Assembly (NCBI GenBank): GCA_964016885.1
Contig: OZ024758.1
Coordinates: 24,056,001 to 24,120,000 of the forward strand
Source of the DNA: Eledone cirrhosa
Lineage: Eukaryota
Direction of reading: 5' to 3'
DNA: 64,000 nt
This document shows positions 32,532 to 45,889 of the stretch, in pieces. A program made the position numbers and the translations under genes. Numbering within the stretch: the first letter of the stretch is position 1; each line of letters starts with the position of its first letter. Below the pieces are notes generated by a model. That model made no database searches. It was not told the origin of the DNA and saw nothing but the letters and a program-made list of their open reading frames with translations.

Positions 32532-32960
32532 CGGAGAATATCTATTAGTTTATAGTATATATCGATCGGCTGACGCATGACAACTTTTGCAATTTATAAT
32601 TATTTGCAAGTGTAGTGTTGTAGACATTGATTACATAATAAACATACCTGCCTGGTGCTTAAGGAAGAAACTACTTGCTGAAATTTCAAGATGGTGGAAA
32701 ATGAATAATTGTTTCTACATTAGTTACAAGACCAGCAAATACCCAGTACGTTACTGGTACTTTATTTTATCGACCCCGTAAGGATGAAAGGCAAAGTTAA
32801 CCTCGGATGAATAATAAACGAAATCAGCAATCAACAAAAAACAAGAATGTACAGTGATTATAATGAAAATATTGTTTCTATTTTGTAATGGAAAGCTGAT
32901 AACTAAAAGGATACAAGACATATTGAGCTATATATAGTTTGATATAGCATATATGTAAAT

Positions 32961-33507
32961 ATACAGTTGTTCTCTGGTATTCGCGGGAATTACGTTCCTA
33001 GAACACCCGCGAAGAATGAAAAATCGCGAATATTGGACGTGGTCCATAAAAATGCACACAAACGTCAAAACATAACGTAAAATATAGGCCGGCAATTACG
33101 GTATATTATTAATAATTTAGCGCTAAAACATTTATGTAAATATACAGTTGTCCTCCAGTATTTGCGGATGTTACGTTCCTAGAACACCCGTGAAGAATAA
33201 AAAAAACGCGAATATTGGACGTGTTCCATAAATATGCATATAAACGTCAAAACATAACGTAAAATATAGGCCGGCAAATATGGTATACTGGGTCGATAAA
33301 ATAAAGTACCAGTAATGCACTGGGTAATTGCTGACCAAAAGTAGAAACAATTATTAACTTAGCGTTAAAAAGCATGAAAAAATATATATTGCTACGAAAA
33401 AAGCCATAAAAAAATCGCGGAAGATATTTACGATTCCGCGAATATACGGTGGTTTCCAGGAATAATTATTAGTAAGGTTCTAAGGAAATTTCCGCGAATA
33501 CACTGTA
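32961..33507. mobile_element. Tigger/pogo-type MITE with a duplicated left ~180 bp and a SINE 3' fragment (~33289-33355)
   Basis: TACAGTTG..TATTCGCGG start, CGCGAATACACTGTA end; homologous to 10360-10858. Confidence 0.75.
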
Positions 33508-33521
33508 TATTCACACTATAT

Positions 33522-33868
33522 AGGCGACAATTTGGCAGAGTCGTTAGAACATCGGATAGAATGATTTGTGGTATTCATTCCAGCTCTCTGATCTAGGAGT
33601 TCAAATCCCACCGAGGTCAACTTTGCCTTTCATCCTTTCGAGGTCGATAAAAAAAAGTACCAGTCTAGTACTGGGGTCGATTCTTCCTCTATATCTCTTT
33701 CTCATTTCCTATCTCTCTCACTTTCTATCTTTCTCTGGAAGAAATCTGCTGTACTCGGGCCTGGAGAGGGATGGGCTCTGCCAGGCTTTAAAATGCCCAA
33801 GATACGCTGTGTGTCACTACAGCTCCCTTATGACTCTATCAGGAGTTACGGGACCATATATACATACA
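33522..33868 (+). mobile_element. SINE family B, full length
   Basis: A-box TGGCAGAGTCG, B-box GAGTTCAAATCC, Meta core, tail into TACA. Confidence 0.85.
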
Positions 33869-34097
33869 TGGTGGCTGCCAACTCGTTTTCGAGTACGGCC
33901 ACTACTTTATATCCACGTAGGAGAACCCCTACCGATGCGCTGAACGAGTATGACTTTTTAGTCCAGCCAGAGACTCTGGTACAGACACTACACTTGTGAC
34001 AATTATTGACACACAGTGCTGGGCTCATGGTACCATGTGACGACATACATACACATATACATACATACACATATACATACATACACATATATATACA

Positions 34098-34578
34098 GAA
34101 AGAACACAACTAGTTAGGAAATTACAAGTACAATCCATTAATGGAACAGTAAAAATATGTAAAACATTCCAAAGATTTTGCATCTAATAACTGCATATAC
34201 ACATGTACAGATGCAAAGCATATAGACATGCACACATACAACTCAAAACATCCACATCCACACATACAATAACATCCATATCTACACATGCATGCATGCA
34301 TACATATCTACCTAGTTGATGCAATCCATTAATGGAACAGTAAAAATATGTAAAACATTCCAAAGATTTTGCATCTAATAACTGCATATACACAAAGCAT
34401 ATACACATGCACACATACAACTCAAAACATCCACATCCACATCCACACATACAATAACATCCATATCTACCTAGTTGATGTTGTGTAAATTCCAATGAGA
34501 GAGTCTTGTGTCTATGTTAGAAACCGACTCTCTCTCTATTGGCAAAACTTTGTGAAATTATAAAACCAGAAGAACAAA
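34098..34578 (+). mobile_element. R4-like family B 3' end with internal ~190-bp tandem duplication
   Basis: Reverse complement of 5628-5950; flanked by (TACA)-type repeats. Confidence 0.8.
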
Positions 34579-34956
34579 CATACATATATATAAAATTTAT
34601 ATAAATATATATTCACACTATAAATGATAGAATTTATAAAATAAAATGAACGAAACATGGTTTATGAACTGAAGAATTGTATAATTTTATCTCGAAAACC
34701 AAAATGAGGATTTATTTTAAATGTTTAAAAGTATACAATAGATAACAGGATCAGTAGCGCATCCGAAAAAAAATAAAAGACCTTGTGATATTTGGTTACA
34801 TCTCTCTAAGTTCTGAAACCCAGTCACATTCTAAGGTCAATAAAACAAGTATTGATTATTGTTCATTTATTTAATCCGAATATATCTATTTTTTCAAGCA
34901 ATAGTTAAAATTTAGAATATATGAAATATAATGCATTTATTTATCCAGAGCTTATA

Positions 34957-35358
34957 ATAATTGTTTCTACTTCTGGCACAAGGCCAGCAATTATCCCAGT
35001 GTATTACTGGTACTTTATTTTATCGACCCCGTAAGGATGAAAGGGAAAGTTAACCTCGGCGGGATTTCAACTCGGGCCGTAACTCTTTGCTGCAAAGCAT
35101 GGCGTCCGACCCTCTACCGATACTGCCAATGGTGACAATAATAATTGTTTTTTATATAGGCACAAGGCCAGCAATTTTGGGGGAGGGGAAAGTCGATTAA
35201 ATCGACCCAGTGCGTGACTGGTACTTTATTTTATCCATCCCGTAAGGATGAAAGGCAAAGTTAACTTCGGCGGGATTTGAACTCAGACCATAAAGGGCCG
35301 TAACTCTATGCGCCAAAGCATGGCGTCCGAACCTCTACCGATACTGCCAAGCCACCTA
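34957..35358 (-). mobile_element. Two tandem SINE A copies (short and long variant)
   Basis: Match to 583-765 and 18228-18445. Confidence 0.88.
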
Positions 35359-35566
35359 TAATAATAAAATATGTTGTTCTCTTCATATGCAATGACCGCA
35401 AGCACACTCATTCAACAAACATGTACACGAACACATTGAAAGAATTAAATGAAAATGTTTATATAAAAATATACAACGGTGTAGATTTGTAAACAATATT
35501 CCTGAAGCAAAGATAACGGAAACTTCCTGATTGAAATCATGCATGTTTAATATGTTAGCTAGTGCG

Positions 35567-35698
<132 letters not shown>

Positions 35699-35859
35699 AA
35701 GAGAGAGAGAGATTTTGAGTATATGTTGGTTGTATACCGATATATGATTCCAGTTCCTCAGTGAAATAACAACCCAACCAGGCACTGGGCATATCAGAGT
35801 ATTGACAATATTATACACCTCAACAACATATGTACTTGTCTATACCACACTAATTCGGA

Positions 35860-35912
35860 CTGCCTGAAGAGGTCACAGCCAAAGATGGCTGTCACTGAAA
35901 TATATATAGCAG
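35860..35912 (+). ncRNA. Type-I hammerhead ribozyme
   Basis: ctgc CTGAAGA GGTcACAGCC aaagat GGCTGTcACT GAAA TATATATA gcag; 4-bp stem I, long stem II. Confidence 0.8.
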
Positions 35913-36534
35913 CAAAAACGAAGCTAAATTTTAAACATTTGACTTTTTATCTAACTTTATTTTATATATATATATATATATATATTGTAATTCCTATTTC
36001 TTACAAGCAAATCTCGTTTATATTTAGAATCAAGATTCATATGACCTGGTTTATTGACAACCTAATATTATTATAATATATACATCCTTACGGAGTCGAT
36101 AAAATAAAGTACCAGTAATGTACGGGGTAATTGCTGGCCTTGTGCCTAAAGTAGAAACAATTATTATAATATATACATTGCTCAGTTAAGTGGCAAATAC
36201 CGGGCAAATGATATTTGATTCGTTTTATGACAGCAGCATCACACCATGCATGTATCGAAGCAATTTAATTAAGCAATGCTTCACCACATCTTCAGTCTTT
36301 TTTCTATGCTAACGATAGCCAGAAGTACCACCACAGATTGTCTATCTTACAGCTTCTTGTACTTGGTCGGCACGGTTTAAATCAGAGGTTCTCCAACTTT
36401 TGGGGCCACTGCCCCCCTCACGTGCACGTAATACCCTTAGCTCTCCCCACCAACCCTATTTCCAGTGAGACCTACCTACACACAAATTGTAAATAATATA
36501 TAATAAATAAAATCGTTAATTTATATATAATAAA

Positions 36535-36705
36535 TAATTGTTTCTACTTTTAGCAATTACCCAGTACATTACTGGTACTTTATTTTATCGACCCCGTAAG
36601 GATGAAAGGCAAAGTTGACCTCGGCGGGCTTTGAACTCAGAATGGAAAAGGCCGTAACTCTATGCGTCAAAGCATGGTGTCCGACTCTCTACCGATACTG
36701 CCAAT
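36535..36705 (-). mobile_element. SINE family A
   Basis: Match to the family; another fragment lies at 36085-36165 (+). Confidence 0.85.
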
Positions 36706-37064
36706 AATAATATAATATATATATTTTTTAATTTTACTATCGACCGTCGATCGACTTTCGCCAAATCGGACCGAGGAAATAATGTTTCCATTGGTCTTTC
36801 CAATTGCTAATACTCTCTATCAGTCTCAACTCCTGGTAGAAGGAGCAACATGAAATAAGTGTCCTGCTCAAGGACATAACCCTCCTCCACCACCCCTTTA
36901 GACCCCAGCGCCTCCTGGACCTTCTCAAAGCCTCTCGGGTGGGTGGGTGGGGGGTGGGGGGCAATACTAAATATTAGATGAAGGGCAATGTGCGAAATGA
37001 ATGGTAAGATAAAATCCATCGACCATTTAGCTGAGAGATTCACACACTATCAATTCGAGCACCT

Positions 37065-37637
37065 ATAGAGCAAACGGGGACATTAATCCCCAGGGGGCAT
37101 TAAGCTTAACTACACTAGAAATACATCAGCCATGTATAAATATAATACCAAGAACCAATCAGAATGTGTATTTCTTAAAAAAGGAACCAATCAGAATGTG
37201 TTTTTCTTGTAAAGGAACCAATCAGAATGTGTTTTTCTTAAAAAAGGAACCAATCAGAATGTGTTTTTCTTAAAAAAGGAACCAATCAGAATGTGTTTTT
37301 CTTAAAAAAGGAACCAATCAGAATGAGTCTTTCTTGAAAAAGGAACCAATCAGAATGTGTTTTTCTTAAAAAAGGAACCAATCAGAACGTGTTTTTCTTA
37401 AAAAAGGAACCAATTAGAACGTGTTTTTCTTAAAAAAGGAACCAATCAGAATGTGTCTTTCTTGAAAAAGAAACCAATCAGAATGTGTTTTTCTTGAAAA
37501 GGAACCAATCAGAATGTGTCTTTTTTGAACGGGAAGCTATAAGAAGTCCAATAAATTAACACGTTACAGTTTCTGCCAAAATGTGTAGTGTGGTTGAGCT
37601 TAATAACCCCTGGGGATTAATACCCAGGTCTCCCCTA
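37065..37637. mobile_element. MITE with ~50-bp imperfect TIRs
   Basis: ATTAATCCCCAGGGGGCATTAAGCTTAACTACACTA at left; TAGTGTGGTTGAGCTTAATAACCCCTGGGGATTAAT at right. Confidence 0.65.
37150..37525. repeat. ~32-bp minisatellite (GGAACCAATCAGAATGTGTTTTTCTTAAAAAA), ~12 copies
   Basis: Direct. Confidence 0.92.
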
Positions 37638-37689
37638 TATACAATTCCCCATCTCTGGTGGAAGATATGTATATCCAACATGATCCCTA

Positions 37690-38322
37690 GTATAAATCCG
37701 AGGTTAGCTTGGCCTTTCATCCTTACGGAGTTGATAAAATAAAGTACCAGTAACGCACTGGGGTCGATTTAATCGACTCCCCCCTCCCCCAAAATTGCTG
37801 GCCTTGTGCCTAAAGTAGAAACCATTATTTGATTCAGTTGTGGTGCTGGATTATTGGATTTGAAATTAGAGTTAAGTGAAATTATATATGGTTCAGGAAG
37901 TTCGAATAAGTGGATGCACGTGTTAATAGGTTTTAGATTTAAGATTGGTTTGGGCAAGTTATTGTTCACAAATTATTTAGGTAATACTTATTAGTGTCGA
38001 GTGTGGCATAAAGTTACAGCCCTTTACGTTCTGAGTTCAAATCCCACCGAGGTTAGCCTTGCCTTTCACCCTTACGAGGTCGATAAAACAAAGTACCAGT
38101 AATGCACTGGTTTCGATTTAATCGACTTTCCCCTCCCCTAAAATTGCTGGCCTTGTGCCTTTAGTAGAAATTATTATTAGTAGGGCGGTGGATTTACATT
38201 CTGAGTTCAAGGTTAGCTTGGCTTTTCATCCTGACGGGGTCGATAAAATAAAGTACCAGTAATGCACTGGGTTGATTTAATCAAATTGCTGGTCTTGAAT
38301 CTAAAAGTAGAAACAATTATTT
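37690..38322 (+). mobile_element. Cluster of three partial SINE A copies
   Basis: Meta core and tail present three times. Confidence 0.8.
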
Positions 38323-39051
38323 TGCCTGCAGTTCAAATCCCTCATGTAAGGAAATTTGCTTGTTTCCCCCCACCCCCACCCCAAAAGGTCTAAATATAAT
38401 CAAATATTAATAGACTATAGAAATACCGGAGAGAGAAAGGAAAAGGAAAAAATGGGGAAATGGTAAGTTCTCGGGGAAGGAAGTACAAACCAATAATTTA
38501 GACTTCCGAATATTACAGAGAACAAGGATTCGATAAAAAAATTAAAAAAATAGTCTACTAATAGATTAATCGGTTATGACAACTTAAACCGGTTTATTTT
38601 GTTTAACAAAGAATTTATTTCTGATGCGGAACAAAAACAAAAACAAAAAAAAAATGATTGTTGCCGCTTATATCTAAATTTGTTTTTACACATTGCAGTA
38701 GTCGTGTTTCCACTTTCTCTCTGTCCTCTCCCATTAGTTTCATTCCTCTCTACTTCATACTCTCTTCTTTCCGTGCTCCCCCCCCCCCACCACACCTCTC
38801 TATCATTGCCCCTCTCTATATATATTGACTCAGAACCAACCTCTGAACAACCGAGAGTGTTATTTTTCTCACTACAACTAAACTTTATATAATGTGATTG
38901 AGTCAAACTGTTTATACAAACAGATAAATATAAACTCTATTACACCTTTGACCGCCTCTTCTCTTTCGTTTGTTCCCCTCTCTCTCTCTATGTGAATATA
39001 TATATAAAAATGCATATCAAATTTAATATCTCTCTATGTATATATATATAT

Positions 39052-39085
<34 letters not shown>

Positions 39086-39175
39086 GTATGTAAAAGGTTA
39101 ACAGAAATAACAAAACAATCGGTACAATATATGGAAGGTATGTATTAGGTTAACGCTTGATATAGCAGGAAGAGG

Positions 39176-39212
39176 GTATAAACGTTTCGGACGCTAGTCC
39201 TTCATCAGAAGA
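39176..39212 (-). ncRNA. Minimal hammerhead motif in a short insert within (TA)n (39091-39265)
   Basis: CTGATGA a GGAC tagc GTCC GAAAC GTT; stem I weak. Confidence 0.65.
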
Positions 39213-39804
39213 AAGAATGAGAAATAAAATAGATTGAGAAAACGGGCGGGTTGGAATTGGAAAAAATATAATATATATATATATATATATATATAAAAGA
39301 GGAAATTAAAAGATAGTTAAAAAAGTTCCATATATTTTATTATGCGCATTTGAAAACAACATCATCCTAGGACAAAAATTGTGTTCTCATCAGACAGAAT
39401 AAGGTAAGATGATGTGAGGCCTAAAAACACTTGTGAACAAGAAAGTGTCCAGTCTACATATGACAAAAATATAAGAGAAGAGAAAAAAATCGGAAAATTG
39501 AAGAAAAGGAAAGAAAAGGAAAGAAGAAGGAAAAAGGAAAAAAATAGAAGAGAGGAAAAAAGAAAGAAAGAAGGAGGAGAGAGAGAGAGAGACTTTTGAT
39601 CAGGAACGCTGTCATATCAAATTTAATATCGAATTGGCTTCTACAAGACTAGAACTGTTTTATTAAAAGAAGCATCATTCCTGATTATTTCTTTGTTAAA
39701 CCTCATGTTTGCACTCTACAAATGTATTGAGTACCTTACTAATTGTGGTTACCTCCGATTGAACTCGAGACTCACACACACACATTATATATATATATTT
39801 ATAG

Positions 39805-39992
39805 GGACGGTGGATTGGCAGTATCGGTAGAGGGTCGGACGCCATGCTTTCCAGCATAGTTACGTCCCTTTACGATCCGAGTTCAAATCCCGCCGAGGTT
39901 GACTTTGCCTTTCATCCTTACGGGGTCGATAAAATAAAGTACCAGTAATGCACTGGATAATTGCTGGCCTTGTGCCTAAAGTAGAAACAATT
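39805..39992 (+). mobile_element. SINE family A
   Basis: Full copy. Confidence 0.9.
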
Positions 39993-40120
39993 ATATATAT
40001 ATTTATATATACACCCATCCACCTACACACATACATTATATATACAGGGAGTCCCCCCCAAAATGTATATACACTTTGATTATAATTCTGATTTGTCCAT
40101 ACATTTTTTGGGACACTATA

Positions 40121-40657
40121 TACGTAGGTCGATAAAATAAAGTACCAGTAACGCACTAGGGTCGATTTAATCAACTTTTCCCTCCTCCTAAGTTGCTGGC
40201 CTTGCGCCTAAATTAGAAACCATTATGAGGGCAGTAGATTGGCAGTATCAGTAGAGTGTCGGGCATGCATTATGTCATATAACGTAAAGGGTCATAACTC
40301 TATGACAATGTATCCCCGACACTCTACTGATACTGCCAATCTACTGCCCTCATACTGGTTTCTAATTTAGGCACAAGGCCAGCAACTTAGGAGGAGGGGA
40401 AAAGTTGATTAAATCGACCCTAGTGCGTTACTGGTACTTTATTTTATCGACCTACGTAAGGATGAAAGGCAAAGCTAACCACGACGGGATTTGAACTCAG
40501 AACGTAAAGGGTCATAACTCTGAGTTCAAATCCCGTCAGCTTTGCCTTTCATCTTTCCGTAGGTCGATAAAATAAAGTTCCAGTAATGCACTGGGGGTCG
40601 ATTTAATCAACTTTTTCCCTCCTCCCCAAAATTGCTGGCCTTGTGCCTATAGTAGAA
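40121..40657. mobile_element. Double fold-back of SINE A sequence (+,-,+)
   Basis: 40121-40263 is inverted at 40315-40458; a second inversion is centred near 40510. Confidence 0.85.
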
Positions 40658-40919
40658 AATTAATATTATGCAGAGTGAAACATGGAAGGTAAACTAGAGA
40701 AAGGTGGAAAACCTTATAACAGTGTTATATGTCATGAAAAGAAGAATGTTGATTGTCGCATTGAAAGGTATAATTAAGTGTGAAGAGGTAAGAGAGAGGA
40801 CTATGGTTAGAGATATAGTTGAGGAAATAACAAAAACAAAGTAGAATTAGATTGGATAGTTTGTCAGAGGAGAAGACGATAGATGATTGAAAAGTACGAT
40901 AGAATGGATAGATTTCACA

Positions 40920-41850
40920 AAAGAGACGAAGAAGGTGAGAGACAGAGATGGTGAGAGAGAGAAAGAAGGTGAGAGAGAAAGAAGGTGAGAGTCGAAGAAG
41001 GAGAGAGAGAAGAAGCAGGTGAGAGAGGCGAAGCAGGTGAGAGAGACGAAGCAGGAGAGAGAGAGAGACGAAGCAGGTGAGAGAGAGAGACGAAGCAGGT
41101 GAGAGAGACGAAGCAGGAGAGAGAGAGAGACGAAGCAGGAGAGAGAGAGAGACGAAGCAGGTGAGAGAGAGAGACGAAGCAGGTGAGAGAGAGAGACGAA
41201 GCAGGTGAGAGAGAGAGACGAAGCAGGTGAGAGAGAGAGACGAAGCAGGTGAGAGATAGACGAAGCAGGTGAGAGATAGACGAAGCAGGTGAGAGATAGA
41301 CGAAGCAGGTGAGAGAGAGACGAAGCAGGTGAGAGAGAGGAAGAAGGTGTGAGAGAGAGGAAGAAGGTGAGAGAGACGAAGAAAGGTGAGAGAGACGAAG
41401 CAGGTGAGCGAGAGACGAAGCAGGTGAGAGAGAGAGGAAGAAGGAGAGAGAGACGAAGCAGGTGAGAGTGAGACGAAGCGGGTGAGAGAGAGACGAAGCG
41501 GGTGAGAGAGAGACGAAGCAGGTGAGAGAGAGACGAAGCAGGTGAGAGAGAGGAAGAAGGTGAGAGAGAGAGGAAGAAGGTGAGAGAGACGAAGCAGGTG
41601 AGAGAGACGAAGCAGGTGAGAGAGACGAAGCAGGTGAGAGAGAGACGAAGCAGGTGAGAGAGAGGAAGAAGGAGAGAGAGACGAAGCAGGTGTGAGACGA
41701 AGCAGGTGAGAGAGAGACGAAGCAGGTGAGAGAGAGACGAAGCAGGTGAGAGAGAGACGAAGCAGGTAAGAGAGAGACGAAGCAGGTGAGAGAGACGAAG
41801 AAAGGTGAGAGAGACGAAGAAAGGTGAGAGAGACGAAGAAAGGTGAGACA
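40920..41850. repeat. Purine-rich minisatellite (GA)nCGAAGCAGGT
   Basis: Direct. Confidence 0.95.
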
Positions 41851-42410
41851 TACAGAAAAAGAAGATGGAAGATAGGAAGACATAGAAGAAAAATATGAAG
41901 ACGATCAAACGAAGTACAAGAACAGATTGAACAAGAATGACGATGAACAGATAGAAATAATTGTTTCTACTTTTGGCACAAGGCCAGCAATTGTCCCAGT
42001 GCATTACTGGTACTTTATTTTATCGACCCCGTAAGGATGAAAGGCAAAGTTAACCTCGGCGAAATAATATATCCTAAAGAAACAATGATAAGAAAATAGA
42101 AAATTGAACATAAATGATATTTATAAACTATATTACAACTTATGGAATGTATATACATACATTCACACACCCAATTTATGTTCTATACACATGTCACCAT
42201 TTGGTGCAATTTTTAATAACTCTACGCACGTAGTCAAAACACCTTTTTAATTTCAACACACACATAATTGCAATCATCTTCTCTAATCAAATCAAATTCT
42301 TTTATCCATCTGACAAAACCCACACCTGCTTTCTGCCTGTGAAAAAAATAAGTCGTTTTATTATTTTTTCTTACATTCATCTATCCTCTTCCTTCTTCGT
42401 CTCATTCTAT

Positions 42411-42443
42411 CTTCCGATGAAGGACTAACGTCTGAAACGTTGA
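42411..42443 (+). ncRNA. Degenerate hammerhead, same family as 39176-39212
   Basis: CCGATGA a GGAC taac GTCT GAAAC GTT (U4>C); flanks are similar to the 39100-39220 insert. Confidence 0.5.
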
Positions 42444-42554
42444 TACTCTTTTCATATTATATCAAGCATAAACTAATATATGTCATTATGCTCGTATTGT
42501 TTTTCCTTGTTGACGTTTTGCATACATACATACATATGTATGTTTGTATGTATG

Positions 42555-43007
42555 TTTTTTCGCTTGAATTAATACACACACAAACTCACACACACATCTT
42601 TGGTTTTTCGCTTGAATTAATATATATATCTTTGGTTTGTCACTTGAATTAATATATATATATATATATATATCTTTGGTTTGTCACTTGAATTAATATA
42701 TATATATATATATATCTTTGGTTTTTCACTTGAATTAATATATATATATATCTTTGGTTTTTCACTTGAATTAATATATATATATATCTTTGGTTTTTCA
42801 CTTGAATTAATATATATATATCTTTGGTTTTTCACTTGAATTAATATATATATATATATATCTTTGGTTTTTCACTTGAATTAATATATATATATATATA
42901 TATATATCTTTGGTTTTTCACTTGAATTAATAAATATATATCTTTGGTTTTTCACTTGAATTAATATATATATATATATATATATCTTTGGTTTTTCACT
43001 TGAATTA

Positions 43008-43010
<3 letters not shown>
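42555..43010. repeat. TCTTTGGTTTTTCACTTGAATTAA(TA)n minisatellite, ~11 copies
   Basis: Direct. Confidence 0.92.
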
Positions 43011-43047
<37 letters not shown>

Positions 43048-43677
43048 TGTATATGTGTGTGTGTGTTGAGTTACTTATCCGAGAAAAACAAGAGATGCAA
43101 CCAAGTTTGTGTGTAACTGGTTACACATTTATTCCCACAGTAGACGAGCAACGAAAGATCGTCAATCAGTAAAATTGCCAGTGAATGCAAAAAAAAAAAA
43201 AAAAAAAAAAATAGTAATGCGAGAATTAGAAATAATAATAAATAAATAAATAAGGGAAAAGAAAGATTATCTCCAACCAACGAATTTAACAAGATATCTC
43301 AGCTAATGAAATGTCTATCAGATCGGGTGACATTGACATTCTGGTGATAACTGATGCGGAAATTGTAGTACCAGCTGTGAGCATTGTTAGTGTCGATTCT
43401 GTCTGGGGAATTGTCAGTTATATGCGGGTTCAGTTTTCTAATGATCTCGCATCAAACAGTCTACACTGGCAAAATACAGTTGTCACTATATGTCATGTAA
43501 AAAATATTTTGCGCAGCACAGGATATGGAACAGCACGTGGTGGTGGTGGTGGGCTTTAAGGGTTTCATTTTACATTGTGAAGCTATCATAAATCGTGTGA
43601 AATGATGGTGTGTATAGATAGTTGACTATATTATATGGATGAATGTATGAAGAACTCTGTATATATATATATATATA

Positions 43678-44075
43678 TACGAGGGTAATCACAAAAGTAA
43701 GGTCTCCAAAGCGATGGGGACGCAGAGAAACTGTTCGTACGGCTGTTGGCAACACTGTTGTGATTGGTGCTTCCTTCACTCCCAATCAAGCATGCGCGCG
43801 CTTAGCTGGGATGCTCAATCTTGGCTTGGCAGCCGTTGAGAATGGAGCTCCCGTTGAACACTACCGCCAAGTGCGAATTTCGCGCAGTTATTACATACGA
43901 GGGCAATCCCAAAAGTAAGGTCTCCTTCCGAGGAAAACATGCGTAAAGATCGGCGGATCACTCTGGATGCTCCCTGCATTTTGGTTCCTGAGGTTTCCCG
44001 AAGCACCATCCACAGGATTTTAACGGACAAGTTGCAATATCGGAAGGAGACCTTACTTTTGGGATTGCCCTCGTA
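43678..44075 (+). mobile_element. Internally deleted mariner with three TIRs and transposase remnants
   Basis: TIRs TACGAGGG(T/C)AATC(A/C)CAAAAGTAAGGTCTCC at 43678, 43896 and (inverted) 44046-44075; remnants MELPLNTTAKCEFRAVI and EENMRKDRRITLD...VSRSTIHRILTDKLQYRK. Confidence 0.88.
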
Positions 44076-44078
44076 TAT

Positions 44079-44145
44079 ATAGAAATGGCTTCTATAGGAC
44101 TAGAACTGTTTCATTTGAAGGAAATCATCAGGAAAGCCATTTCTA
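44079..44145 (-). ncRNA. Probable hammerhead motif with an extended outer helix
   Basis: CTGATGA TTT ccttc AAA t GAAAC agttcta GTC, enclosed by the 13-bp inverted repeat ATAGAAATGGCTT/AAGCCATTTCTAT; decayed relative at ~39635-39770. Confidence 0.5.
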
Positions 44146-45407
44146 TATTAAATATACTCTGCTGTGTATCGAGTACCATATTTACGATGGTTGCCCCCGA
44201 TTGAACCCCCCCCCCCCCACACACACACATATATATATATATATACAATTAATAAAGCCATTTGCTACAGCGGAGCCATACCAGAAACGTATGTTTCATT
44301 TAATTTAATAATTGTTTCTACGTTAGGCACAAGGCCAGCAATTACCCAGTGTATTACTGGTACTTTATTTTATCGACCCCGTAAGGATGAAAGGCAAAGT
44401 TAACCTCGGCGTAAAACTCGCCCTACAGACTTGAATTGCTCTATGCCTTGGATATTTGTACCAGAGAGAGAGAGAGAGAGAGAGAGAAGCTAAAGACGAA
44501 TCCGTGTAAACAGCATAGGCACAGAAACAAATTTACTTTTCGGGTCTCTGTCTGCCCCCCCCCCCTCTCTCTCGCCATTTATTCATTTATCTATATATAT
44601 ATGTCAGTTAGTCTACACATCTATCTATCCATCTGCCTGTCTATTATCTCTATTTATTTATTTCGAAATAATTATAACTAAGCTATTTCTCTCCTCGTAA
44701 TGTTGTTAATCAAATGTTTGCAGAAATACGTTTTCAAACGTTTGAGTAACGTCTATGTCGATGATAATTAAAAAAGAACAACATTATCCTGCTTCATATT
44801 CATTATCAACATGGAATTAAAAACATGGTGGAATATTTTCTGAGTTTACGTTTAATTAACTCCAAATTCAGATCAAACGCAATGAAAGCATTCATGGACG
44901 GATGTATACAACTGTATTGAAAGCATCGTTTCTTTCTTCATTTGCAAGTAATGATCTAATCATAAAGTATAGTTTAGAGCAAAAAAGAAATTAAATGATT
45001 CAATAAAATCGCATTCGAAAATGTATCTGAAGAATTTCATTAAAAATGATGCCTCGTTAAGAAACTTATGAAGAAAGTCATGGCTGCATTAATCTGTTGT
45101 TGATTGAATTGTAGTTTATTACAACATTGCGGAACCCAACAATTTAGTTATCTATCTACATAAATTGTGTGTGCGTCCGTCCGTCCGTCTTTCTGTCTAT
45201 TTATCTATAGCTTGCTATTTATTTAATATTATCTATCTATCTATCTATCTACATGATTTTATGCGTGTCTCGCTCCATCCATCAGTCTGTCTCTCTATAT
45301 CTCACTATTTTATATCGTCTATCTATCTTTCTATCTTTCTACACACTATTATGTCTGTCCGCCTTTCTGTCAGATCGCCTGTCTTTCTGTCTATCTATCT
45401 ATATCCT

Positions 45408-45762
45408 AGTATTGGTAGAGGGTCGGACACCATGCTTTGACGCATAGAGTTACGGCCCTTGCCATTCTGAGTTCAAATCCCGCCGAGGTTAACTTTGCCT
45501 TTCATCCTTACGGGGTCGATAAAATAAAGTACCAGTAATGCACTGGGTAATTGCTGGCCTTGTGCCTAACGTAGAAATAATTATCTATTTTATATCAAAG
45601 ATGTTTGTGTATTACTTATTTATTATTATTATTATTTGCCATTCTGAGTTCAAATCCCGCCGAGGTTGACTTTGCCTTTCATCCTTACGGGGTCGATAAA
45701 ATAAAGTACCAGTAATGCACTGGGTAATTGCTGGCCTTGTGCCAAACGTAGAAACAATTATC
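45408..45762 (+). mobile_element. Two SINE A copies
   Basis: Match to the family; the second is 5'-truncated. Confidence 0.85.
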
Positions 45763-45889
45763 TATTTTATATCATTTATCTCTCTCTCTCTGATCGATTG
45801 ACAAGATACCAGACCTCATTCACTTGGGGTGGACCTCGAGTGGGGTGGACCTCGTCAAATGTGGGGGGACCTCGTCAAATCAGACCAAG

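Noticed and set aside
42555-43010. CRISPR-like look (constant 24-bp repeat with variable gaps)
   Set aside because: The gaps are only (TA)n of varying length; eukaryotic context and no cas genes
43311-43559. 82-aa ORF in unique sequence as a host exon
   Set aside because: No recognisable homology or convincing splice sites by eye
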